DNA of 64,000 nucleotides from Eubacteriales bacterium (GTDB lineage Bacteria; Bacillota; Clostridia; Oscillospirales; RGIG577). The notes below the pieces were generated by a model. It did not search any database. It worked only from the letters and a program-made list of their open reading frames with translations, and was not told the DNA's origin. The DNA is taken from assembly GCA_050943735.1 (NCBI GenBank), contig JBMNPT010000004.1, positions 137,420-201,419 of the forward strand. Reading direction: 5' to 3'. Below, one piece after another: positions 56,010 to 64,000 of the stretch (position 1 is its first letter; every line of letters begins with the position of its first letter). Made by a program: the position numbers and the translations under genes.

Positions 56010-56735
56010 TCAGGCCATCCTGCCGATTTCCTTTTTCAGTCGGCAGATAATCTTTTTTTCCAGACGGGAAATATAGGATTGACTGATGCCCAAACGATCT
56101 GCCACTTCCTTCTGGGTTTTTTCAGTCCCTCCGTCCAGTCCAAAACGCAGCTGCATAATGGTCTTTTCCCGCTGTCCCAGCCGACCCACCGCCGTCCGCA
56201 GCAATTCCCGGTCCACTTCCTCCTCCATCCTGCGCTGTACCAGATCACTTTCTGTACCCAAAATATCAGACAACAGCAACTCATTGCCATCCCAGTCCAC
56301 ATTGAGCGGTTCATCGATGGACACCTCATTGCGCAGATTACTGGTCTTGCGCAGATACATGAGGATCTCATTTTCAATGCACCGGGAAGCATAGGTGGCC
56401 AGCTTGATATTTTTCCGTGGATTGTAGGTATTGATGGCCTTGATGAGTCCTATGGAACCGATGGAAATGAGATCCTCAATATTGATTCCTGTATTTTCAA
56501 ATTTTTTGGCGATGTATACCACCAGCCGCAGGTTGTGCTCAATCAGATCGGCACGGGCCTGCTGACTGCCCAGCTGCAGCTGGAAAATGGCCCGGGCCTC
56601 CTCCTCTCGGGAAAGAGGCGCGGGTAAAGTATCGCTTCCGCCTATGTAATGCACTTCCTGGGAAAGCAGCAGCCAGTTTTTGCACCGGCTCCACCATCTT
56701 TGCAGCCACTCAACCATGACTTTGATTCGCTTCAT
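56010..56735 (-). CDS. sigE: Sporulation sigma factor (pro-sigma-E)
   Basis: [17 protein letters not shown] pro-sequence junction, region 2 [17 protein letters not shown], region 4 [21 protein letters not shown]. It lies immediately downstream of spoIIGA. Confidence 0.85.
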   Translation of the reverse strand: MKRIKVMVEWLQRWWSRCKNWLLLSQEVHYIGGSDTLPAPLSREEEARAIFQLQLGSQQARADLIEHNLRLVVYIAKKFENTGINIEDLISIGSIGLIKAINTYNPRKNIKLATYASRCIENEILMYLRKTSNLRNEVSIDEPLNVDWDGNELLLSDILGTESDLVQRRMEEEVDRELLRTAVGRLGQREKTIMQLRFGLDGGTEKTQKEVADRLGISQSYISRLEKKIICRLKKEIGRMA

Positions 56736-57627
56736 GCAGGGCACCTCCTTCCCGGGAGGACTCCACCAGCCGCAATTGCAGCAGCATATCGTAGCTTCCA
56801 TCCCCACTGGGAGGCTGCTGGCCCACACCTATGACCACCTGTTCCACCGGCGCATATCGGCCATCCTCTTCCACATAAAATGCATCCGGGCGAAATACCG
56901 GCATTTTTCCCGCTCCGCCCATGGTGGTATAGCTCACCAAGTGAAAATCCTCTCCGGGGACATCTGTCCCGCCCTGCATCCGCAGCAGCAGTTTCAACGC
57001 CTTTCTCTCCTCCGGGGAAAACAGCCCCCGAATGGAAGGATAGCTGGTCACCGCCACCGGAGCACCGCTGCCCGGATCTGTCAGGCCGTTTCCTGTGTCC
57101 ACCAGTCCTTTGAGCACACAACTGCGTTCTCCCCGTACAATTTTCACCATATAGACACTCCTTCCCCTTATGCGTTCCTGTCTGATTTGTCCGATCACCA
57201 GTGAAAAAATCAAATGGGTCAGCAAAAGCTCCATCACTGTAATCCAAAAGTTTTGCTGCACCATCACCTGTCCGTCCGGCAGGATTGCTGTCCGTCCGGC
57301 GGCAAACACCGCCTGCCAAAACATCATGGCCCCGCCATACAAAGCGGAAAAGGCTCCCACCGCCAGACACCGCTGCAGTCCGCCCCGCCAGCCTGGCCAT
57401 CCAAAGGCCGCTGCTGTCATCAGGCCGCCTGCCATCAACTTCCACAAAGGATGCTCCAGCCAGTCCGGTCCCGCCACAGCCGCTGTCCCATACAGGGCCC
57501 CCAGCAAGGAGGCCAGCTCCAACCGCCACCGGCCGCTAGTAAATCCGCCAGCCTGAGCGGCTGATCGCAGTGTCAACATGTCTGCCAGCCATTCCAGCAC
57601 AAACAGCACATCCACATATACGGTCAT
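56710..57627 (-). CDS. spoIIGA: Sigma-E processing peptidase SpoIIGA
   Basis: Five N-terminal TM segments ([16 protein letters not shown]...) and the aspartic protease motif [11 protein letters not shown]. Confidence 0.85.
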   Translation of the reverse strand: MTVYVDVLFVLEWLADMLTLRSAAQAGGFTSGRWRLELASLLGALYGTAAVAGPDWLEHPLWKLMAGGLMTAAAFGWPGWRGGLQRCLAVGAFSALYGGAMMFWQAVFAAGRTAILPDGQVMVQQNFWITVMELLLTHLIFSLVIGQIRQERIRGRSVYMVKIVRGERSCVLKGLVDTGNGLTDPGSGAPVAVTSYPSIRGLFSPEERKALKLLLRMQGGTDVPGEDFHLVSYTTMGGAGKMPVFRPDAFYVEEDGRYAPVEQVVIGVGQQPPSGDGSYDMLLQLRLVESSREGGALHEANQSHG

Positions 57628-57765
57628 GGTAATTTCTTCCTTTCACCAGTCCATTATACTCCTCCCTGTCCCCTTTTTCTGTCGAATCCAGTCATCGAAT
57701 TGTGTCTGTTTTTCCCGGGCACAAAAAAATCCCCCTGTTCTACCGAACAGAGGGATTTTGTTTTG

Positions 57766-58947
57766 TTACTCTTTGGGATCCATGTAATCGCTGGTGAATA
57801 CCGACAAACCTTTTTTCCTCAGCTGTTTTTCCAGCAATTCCTTGGAGATGGTGTAAATCACCGCAAACATGGGTACGCCAATGAACATACCCATGGCGCC
57901 AAATACGCCGCCCATCACCAACACTGCGAAGATCACCCAGAAAGCGGACAGTCCAATGGAATCTCCCAGCAGCTTGGGCCCCAAAATGTTGCCGTCAAAC
58001 TGTTGCAGCGCCAGTACAAAAATGGAGAAAATAAATGCCTGCCGGAAATCAATAAAGGCCAGCAATATGATACTGGGAATGGCGCCGATAAAAGGACCAA
58101 AGTAGGGAATTACATTGGTAACGCCTACAATCAAACTGATGAGCATGACATAGGGCAGCCGCAGAATCGACATGCCAATGAAGCACAAAATGCCGATGAT
58201 AAAAGAGTCCAGTACTTTGGCATAGATGAACCCACTGAAGGTTTTATTGATGTAGGTAGACAGAGACACCACCTGGTCCCCCCGCTTCACAGGGAGAAGC
58301 GCATAAATGCATTTCCGGGCCTCTCCTGCAAATTTCTCCTTGCTCACCAACATATAAACCGAAATGATCACACCCAGCAGTAAATTTTTCACTACAGTGG
58401 TCACCGCCATGGTGTAGCCATACAGATGTGGAATGATTTCCTGCAACTTCTCTAAAGAAGAAGTCAGGGTATTGGAAATTTGCAGATTAATCAATTGAAT
58501 TTGTTCCTCAGTAAAGGGCATCTGCTCCAGGTACCAGGAAAGATTGGAATTGATCCAATCCCGAATGTATACCGCATAGGTAGGCACCGCAGATACCAAC
58601 CCATACAAACTGGTCATGACTTCCGGCAAAACGCTGGAAAAAAATATGGTAATGAGTGTCCCCGCAAAAACGTAGGCCAATAACAAAGACAACCCTCGTT
58701 TCAGCGCTTTATGCCGGATTCTCAGTCGTTCCACCACATGTTTTTCAAAAAATTTCATGATGGGGTTGACCAGATATGCGATCACAAAGCCATAGGCAAA
58801 CGGCATGGCCAATTTAATAATGTAGCCAAAATACCCTTTGAAAAAGTCAATGTTTTGCAACAAACAAAAGAATAAAATGGAAACCAGAATCACTGCCAAT
58901 GCGTGGAGAGAAATAATGAAATATTTAGATGTTTTATCAATCTTCAT
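57766..58947 (-). CDS. AI-2E family transporter (PerM/YhhT-like)
   Basis: 393-aa polytopic protein with the NVIPYFGPFIGAIP signature. Confidence 0.8.
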   Translation of the reverse strand: MKIDKTSKYFIISLHALAVILVSILFFCLLQNIDFFKGYFGYIIKLAMPFAYGFVIAYLVNPIMKFFEKHVVERLRIRHKALKRGLSLLLAYVFAGTLITIFFSSVLPEVMTSLYGLVSAVPTYAVYIRDWINSNLSWYLEQMPFTEEQIQLINLQISNTLTSSLEKLQEIIPHLYGYTMAVTTVVKNLLLGVIISVYMLVSKEKFAGEARKCIYALLPVKRGDQVVSLSTYINKTFSGFIYAKVLDSFIIGILCFIGMSILRLPYVMLISLIVGVTNVIPYFGPFIGAIPSIILLAFIDFRQAFIFSIFVLALQQFDGNILGPKLLGDSIGLSAFWVIFAVLVMGGVFGAMGMFIGVPMFAVIYTISKELLEKQLRKKGLSVFTSDYMDPKE

Positions 58948-59109
58948 GGGCTACACCTTCCTGCCATGTACTTACAACTTATGTATTTATTATAGTCGCT
59001 TTTGGGGCAGAAAACCAGTAAATGCCACGTAAAAACAGGAGAAAAACACCTGTTTTCTCCTGTTTTTTACATAATATCAATTTGTGTTTCTTTTTTTCTT
59101 ATCCATACT

Positions 59110-60642
59110 CTACTTTTCAGCAGGTAACTCCTCTGCGGATTTTTTGGCAGCCCGCTTTTTCAATATTGCTTTCACAATGGGAGTGCAAATAAATGCGGCC
59201 AGACAAATCATCAGCACACAGGAAATGGGATGGGAGAAAAAGATTCCTACGCTTCCCTGAGAAATGATAAACGCTTTGCGCATATTTTCTTCCAGAATGG
59301 GCGCCAGTACAAAGGCCAGCAGCATAGGAGAAGTGGGATAGTCATTTTTGGTGAGGAAATATCCCAGAATACCTGCCAGGAACATCACTACCACACCGTA
59401 CATAGATTGGCTGGTGCTGTAAGAGCCCACCACACAAACCACTGTGATGGCTGGGATCATATATTTCACTGGCACACTCAAAATTTTAATGAGAAACGGA
59501 ATGATAAACAGTGCCACTGCCAATGTGAATATATTGGCCACAAATAAAGAGGCAATGAGTCCCCAGGCAAAATCCGCGTTGTTGGTGAACAGCAGCGGAC
59601 CAGGATTGAGGCCCCACATGATTAGGCCACCCAGCAGCACTGCACCGGTGCCCGATCCGGGAATCCCCAGTGCCAGCAATGGAGCAAAGGCTCCTGCCGC
59701 TGCGGCGTTGTTGGCCGCTTCACTGGCCGCAATTCCCTCAATGGCCCCTGTTCCCAGAGGTTCTTCACTTTTGAAGCCCTTTTGCGCGGCATATCCCAAA
59801 AAGGCACCAGTCGTGGCACCTGCTCCGGGCAGCACTCCCACAAAGGTTCCTAAAAATCCGCTGCGCAATGCAGGCGGCAACAATCTCCGGACATCATGTC
59901 GTGTGAGCAAACTGCCCCGAACGGTCAGTCGCTCGGTCACTTTTCCCTCGTTGACCTTGTTCCGGTCCTCCATCAGCAACAGCACCTGGGCAAACCCCAC
60001 CATACCGATGACGAAGGGAGTGAAGGGAATTCCGCCCAGCAGATAGATGTTGCCAAAATCATACCGGGGCGCGCCAGACAGGGTATCCATCCCCATAGAG
60101 GCCAGCAGAATCCCCAACATGGTGGTGATAATTCCCTTGGTGGGATTTTCTCCCACCAGCCAGCTAATAGAAGTCATGGCCACCAGCAAAAGAGCCGTCA
60201 TTTCCGCCGGGCCAAACTTCAATCCCAGATCCGCCAGCGCCGGACCGGTGAAGGTGAGAATGATGATGCCGATGGTACCGCCGATGAACGAAGCCAGATT
60301 GGCGGTAAAAAGCGCCTGGCCAGGCCGTTTTTTACGGGTGGCCATGGGATAGCCGTCCTGAGCCGTCATAACAGCGGGGGCGTCTCCCGGAATGTTGAGC
60401 AAAATAGCGCTGAAAGCTCCACCATACATATTGGAATAGTACAGTGCGCCCAGCATAATGATGGCGGTGATGGGATTGAACTTATAGGTGAGAGGCAGCA
60501 GCAGTGCCACACCGGCCAATGAACCAATGCCTGGCATAGCCCCCACAATCAATCCCAATACAGCTCCCAAAATCACTGCACCTATATTTTGAAAGGTGAG
60601 CGCAACGCCGAAGCCCTCCAACAGCATTTGTATGTTTTCCAC
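59110..60642 (-). CDS. tctA: Tripartite tricarboxylate transporter large permease
   Basis: GAVLGLIVGAMPGIGSLAGVALLLP signature. GTG start after GGAGGGG. Confidence 0.85.
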   Translation of the reverse strand: MENIQMLLEGFGVALTFQNIGAVILGAVLGLIVGAMPGIGSLAGVALLLPLTYKFNPITAIIMLGALYYSNMYGGAFSAILLNIPGDAPAVMTAQDGYPMATRKKRPGQALFTANLASFIGGTIGIIILTFTGPALADLGLKFGPAEMTALLLVAMTSISWLVGENPTKGIITTMLGILLASMGMDTLSGAPRYDFGNIYLLGGIPFTPFVIGMVGFAQVLLLMEDRNKVNEGKVTERLTVRGSLLTRHDVRRLLPPALRSGFLGTFVGVLPGAGATTGAFLGYAAQKGFKSEEPLGTGAIEGIAASEAANNAAAAGAFAPLLALGIPGSGTGAVLLGGLIMWGLNPGPLLFTNNADFAWGLIASLFVANIFTLAVALFIIPFLIKILSVPVKYMIPAITVVCVVGSYSTSQSMYGVVVMFLAGILGYFLTKNDYPTSPMLLAFVLAPILEENMRKAFIISQGSVGIFFSHPISCVLMICLAAFICTPIVKAILKKRAAKKSAEELPAEK

Positions 60643-60654
60643 GTTGACCCCTCC

Positions 60655-61110
60655 TTACAGCAAATCCATCAGCCATTCTCCCAGCACACCTAAGGGAAAA
60701 CGAACTTTGAGCCAAAACACAAACACACCAAACACAATGGCTGCCATGATCGCCGTTACGCACAATGTGCCTTTCCAGGGTGCCTTTTCCACCCAGAGCA
60801 GCCAAATCACAATAAACAGCAACACACTGGCCACCAGACCAATCAGATAAGTGGAAGCAATGATGGCTGCCACCGCATAAATGGGCCAGAAATTTTCCTT
60901 GCAATACGCAGCGGGCTTATTCCGCCCAAAGGTGAACAACGCCAGCAAACTGATGGCCGCCATCACCCCTGCCATAATACTGGGGAAAAATCCAGGCATG
61001 GGACCCTGTTTTCCCCAAAAGCCCAACTCGGTCAATCCTATGTAGAGAAACACCATTGCGAACAGGAATCCGCAAAAGGGAATGACCTGTTGAGAACGTA
61101 TCTTTTTCAT
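60655..61110 (-). CDS. tctB: Tripartite tricarboxylate transporter small subunit
   Basis: 151 aa, four TM segments, between the PdxA-family gene and tctA. Confidence 0.7.
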   Translation of the reverse strand: MKKIRSQQVIPFCGFLFAMVFLYIGLTELGFWGKQGPMPGFFPSIMAGVMAAISLLALFTFGRNKPAAYCKENFWPIYAVAAIIASTYLIGLVASVLLFIVIWLLWVEKAPWKGTLCVTAIMAAIVFGVFVFWLKVRFPLGVLGEWLMDLL

Positions 61111-61147
61111 CTGCCTTTTCCCTCCTTATGGACCAGCTGACAAACTT

Positions 61148-62149
61148 TCACCAGTTTTGCAGCAACGCCAGCATGTCATCCACCGTATGCTCAAAGGCTT
61201 CGATGGAAGCCACTCCTTTCCCCGCAATGTCAAACGCAGTGCCATGAGCTGGGGTCACCACCGGCATGGGCAATCCTGCCAATATGCTAACACCCCGTTC
61301 AAAGCCCTTCAGCTTCAGCGCGATCTGGCCCTGATCGTGATACATGGTCACAATCCCGTCAAACTCATTCTTACGGAATGCCCGGTCAAAAATGGTGTCC
61401 GCCGGGTAAGGACCGGTGGTGGGATAGCCCGCCTGGTTCATGGCCTGAATGGCAGGCTGTAAAATATCAATTTCCTCCCGTCCGCAGGTGCCGGCATCGC
61501 CGCCATGGGGATTGAGCGCCGCCACACCCACTCTGGGCTGGGGATTACCCAGCTTGCGGATGGTGCTGTACAGCAGCCGGATGGCCGCCTCTACTTTATC
61601 CTGCGTCAGAGTTTCACACAGTTTCTTCATAGGCACATGGCTCACAATGCGTATGGTACAGATGTGATCCATATGATTGACTTCGCTGGCATATCCGGTA
61701 TACCCCAGCTGTTCTGCAAAATAGGTAAACTCACTGGCGTATTGTTCCCCAATGGCTGCCTTCTCCGCCGCCTTGTTCATCGCCGCAAAGATGGCTCCGC
61801 CAATCACTCCATCTTTCCACAGCTGAATAGCCAAATCAATCTGCCGAATACAAGACATACCGCAACGGGCATCCACCTGTCCCATTTTAATCTCAGCAGG
61901 ATCAATATCCTGCATATCGTACAGACACAGCTCGGTATCCGCAAACGAAATCTCTTCCGCTGAGGTGATCCGCCGATAGGGAATCTTGACTCCCACTAGC
62001 TCCATGGCCTGGCAAAACACCCGTTCATCCCCCAGCAAAATTGCGTTGCACCTCTCCTGGACATATCGTTTGGACAGAATCTTTACCACCTGTTCCGGTC
62101 CGATGCCCGCCGCGTCGCCCAGCAGAATTCCAATTGTCTTTTTTTCCAT
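61148..62149 (-). CDS. PdxA-family NAD-dependent dehydrogenase (4-hydroxythreonine-4-phosphate dehydrogenase-like)
   Basis: IGILLGDAAGIGPE N-terminus, VGVAALNPHGG and VTPAHGTAFDIAGKG motifs. Confidence 0.8.
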   Translation of the reverse strand: MEKKTIGILLGDAAGIGPEQVVKILSKRYVQERCNAILLGDERVFCQAMELVGVKIPYRRITSAEEISFADTELCLYDMQDIDPAEIKMGQVDARCGMSCIRQIDLAIQLWKDGVIGGAIFAAMNKAAEKAAIGEQYASEFTYFAEQLGYTGYASEVNHMDHICTIRIVSHVPMKKLCETLTQDKVEAAIRLLYSTIRKLGNPQPRVGVAALNPHGGDAGTCGREEIDILQPAIQAMNQAGYPTTGPYPADTIFDRAFRKNEFDGIVTMYHDQGQIALKLKGFERGVSILAGLPMPVVTPAHGTAFDIAGKGVASIEAFEHTVDDMLALLQNW

Positions 62150-62213
62150 GAAAGATACCCCTCTCCAGTGGAGGAGACGCTGCTGTTTATCCAGTCAGCG
62201 TCTCTCTTGCCTG

Positions 62214-63245
62214 TCATTCCATATTGGCCAATACTTCTTCCTGATATTGCTGCATATACTCTGTGGCCTCGTCCCAAGGCATAAACGCATTGGTCAGCAT
62301 ATACTTGTCCAGATACTCTGTTTTCCATTCTTCGCTCTCAGACACCGCCTGCAGAACATCCGACCAATATTGCACCGCTTCATCAGGCATGTTGCCAGGG
62401 CCTACCACTCCGCGCCATACCGGCACTTCAAAGTCTTCATAATCGCCAATCTCACTCATGGTGGGCACATCGGCAAACTGACCTTCATATCGTTCCATGG
62501 CCACTGCTACCACCGGAATCATATCTCCAGACTCTACGTATTGAGCTGCCGCGGCCGGCTTACTGGTTACAAAATCCACATGTCCGCCCAACAGTGCGGT
62601 AATGGCATCCGAAGTGGCATCATAGGTGATGTAAGACATCTGATCCTCTGTCAGCCCTGTCACTTCCAACAGGGTTTCATAGGTGGTGATGTCATCTCCC
62701 TTGGAACCGCCCATCACAATGTGGGTCCCATTTTTCGCCGCCTCCAGCAGCTCCGCCATATCCTTGTACGCGGTGTGCTTGCCGAAGAACAGCAGACGGC
62801 TGTCCTCTGCCATAATGGCGATGGGACGGAAATTTTCAATACGGTTGTCAGTGTTCTGCACCATGGGCTCCAAATCCCCATTGTTGAAAGTCAGCAGCGT
62901 ATGTCCTTCGTCGTCGGTCCGGCTCACTTCCAAACGTCCTACTTCCCCGGCGCCATCGGTTTTATTGGTCACCAAAATGGTCTGCTCCACCAGTTTGTTA
63001 CGGGTCATGATATCAGCGATGCAGCGTGTGTAAATATCACTGCCGCCGCCGGGACTGGAAGTGACTACCCAATTGATGTTATCAGAGGGAGTCCATCCGC
63101 TGGACTCTCCACTGGTACTGGTGGTGGTTCCAGTGCTGGTTCCATCAGCGGTTGTGCTGGTATCTCCGTCAGCACCGTTGCTACAGGCAGTGGCCAACAG
63201 AGAAAGCGCTACAATTGCGGAAAGCAATACACTTGTTTTTTTCAT
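62214..63245 (-). CDS. tctC: Tripartite tricarboxylate transporter substrate-binding lipoprotein (Bug/TctC family)
   Basis: MKKTSVLLSAIVALSLLATACS lipobox and the SSPGGGSDIY motif. Confidence 0.8.
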   Translation of the reverse strand: MKKTSVLLSAIVALSLLATACSNGADGDTSTTADGTSTGTTTSTSGESSGWTPSDNINWVVTSSPGGGSDIYTRCIADIMTRNKLVEQTILVTNKTDGAGEVGRLEVSRTDDEGHTLLTFNNGDLEPMVQNTDNRIENFRPIAIMAEDSRLLFFGKHTAYKDMAELLEAAKNGTHIVMGGSKGDDITTYETLLEVTGLTEDQMSYITYDATSDAITALLGGHVDFVTSKPAAAAQYVESGDMIPVVAVAMERYEGQFADVPTMSEIGDYEDFEVPVWRGVVGPGNMPDEAVQYWSDVLQAVSESEEWKTEYLDKYMLTNAFMPWDEATEYMQQYQEEVLANME

Positions 63246-63358
63246 AATCTATACCTCCTGCTCATTTTTCTTTTGTGCACACCTACATTATAGGCAGGAG
63301 TTCACCGCTTCACAATTGGACAAGTTGCTGTCTTATACAAAAATATTGTGGTTTTTAG

Positions 63359-63387
63359 TTGGATTGTCCGTTGCTCTGTAGTATAAT
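63359..63387 (+). promoter_or_regulatory. Promoter of the AraC-like gene
   Basis: TTGGAT, 17 nt, TATAAT. Confidence 0.5.
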
Positions 63388-63424
63388 AATACAAAAAAAT
63401 TGTCTTACTTTTGGCGGAGGTGTC

Positions 63425-64000
63425 ATGATGGCATTTGAAATGATAGAACGGGAATTCCGGGCACGGTACAAACGCTCCTTCTACAATTCTCCCAGTCTGC
63501 AAACCCGCCAGCAATTTTCCTATGTGTTGGGAGCGGGACATTATATCTGTCTGCCCCAATACAAAATCCACCGAAGAGGCTTCGACTGTTTTCTGATGTT
63601 GCTTACCCTGCATGGAAAAGGCCAGCTCACCTATCAGGGCCGGGAGTATGAGCTCAACCCCAACGATCTGTTTCTCATCGATTGTAATCAGGTTCATCTG
63701 TACCGCACCACCGGCGAAGAATGGGATTTTGTATGGATGCATTTTGCGGGTGGAGGCTGTCCGGGATACTATCAATACATCTCTGAAACGTTCGGAAATC
63801 TCATTCATCTGGGAACCCCAAACAACAGTTCCATCCTGGAAGCAGACATCCACTCGGTGATGGGTATGCTGGAGCAAAACGTCTACCGTCTGGACATCAA
63901 CAGTTCCCTGCTGGTCTACCAGGTGCTGAACAAAGTCATCAATCTGGCGCTCAATGCCTCCGAGCCTCTGCAGGTGCGGCTGGAATCCTCCCGCGAAATC
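63425..64000 (+). CDS. AraC-family regulator, N-terminal cupin-like ligand domain; the 3' end lies beyond the right window edge
   Basis: Own translation from ATG 63425 (or 63428) is open to the window end: MMAFEMIEREF...FLMLLTLHGKGQLTYQGREYELNPNDLFLIDCNQVHLYRTTGEEWDFVWMHFAGGG. GGAGG RBS. It is absent from the track because it is truncated. Confidence 0.6.
   Translation, partial: MMAFEMIEREFRARYKRSFYNSPSLQTRQQFSYVLGAGHYICLPQYKIHRRGFDCFLMLLTLHGKGQLTYQGREYELNPNDLFLIDCNQVHLYRTTGEEWDFVWMHFAGGGCPGYYQYISETFGNLIHLGTPNNSSILEADIHSVMGMLEQNVYRLDINSSLLVYQVLNKVINLALNASEPLQVRLESSREI

Noticed and set aside
63302-63877. 191-aa minus-strand ORF near the right edge
   Set aside because: It is antisense to a plus-strand frame that is open from ATG 63425 to the window end and reads as an AraC-type cupin domain with a good RBS and promoter. 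The minus-strand product has no features.
1-64000. CRISPR arrays, rRNA genes, IS elements or transposases, toxin-antitoxin pairs
   Set aside because: There are no regularly spaced short repeats, no rRNA-like sequence, and no DDE-transposase-like ORF or terminal inverted repeats. The only repeats found are the att and cassette repeats and the short motifs listed above.

Overview
This 64-kb chromosomal window comes from a sporulating, moderately GC-rich Clostridia-type Firmicute, as shown by sigE/spoIIGA, DegV, FtsH and many minus-strand transport operons. Core genes occupy 1-6.9 kb and 20.3-64 kb. They include a TRAP transporter with a binding-protein/membrane-AraC sensor pair, a CUT2 sugar ABC system, the Liv ABC system, NhaC, TrkH, a Tct transporter with a PdxA-family dehydrogenase, malic enzyme, an LtaS-like protein and a non-pyrrolysine MttB-family methyltransferase next to an SSS symporter. 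Also present are two tRNA-Leu genes and a 183-nt rod-shaped RNA upstream of tcdA that I read as a candidate 6S RNA. Between the core blocks lies a visibly AT-richer accessory region. (i) A ~10.9-kb integrative element (9441-20360) sits in the 3' end of a reverse-rubrerythrin gene. It is bounded by 40-bp direct repeats (39/40 identical) and has TGGACAA arm-type repeats at both ends. It carries a 404-aa tyrosine integrase, a WYL regulator, XRE-type regulators and a backbone operon of unknown genes. (ii) Inside it is the most unusual structure in the window: three consecutive cargo genes, each with its own copy of one near-consensus promoter and its own terminator. The second and third units are bounded by copies of the last 17 codons of the adjacent minimal (187-aa) tyrosine recombinase gene, around a GGCC-N6-GGCC dyad. 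This looks like a cassette-capture array whose attachment site overlaps the recombinase 3' end. (iii) Left of the element (7.0-9.4 kb) is a probable decayed sister element with a serine recombinase. Its right end has the same layout as the intact element's right end. Two cassette proteins and one protein in the remnant share a conserved glycine-zipper segment after a PH-like N-terminus. No CRISPR array or rRNA was seen. All family assignments are motif recognition by eye; no database search was possible.
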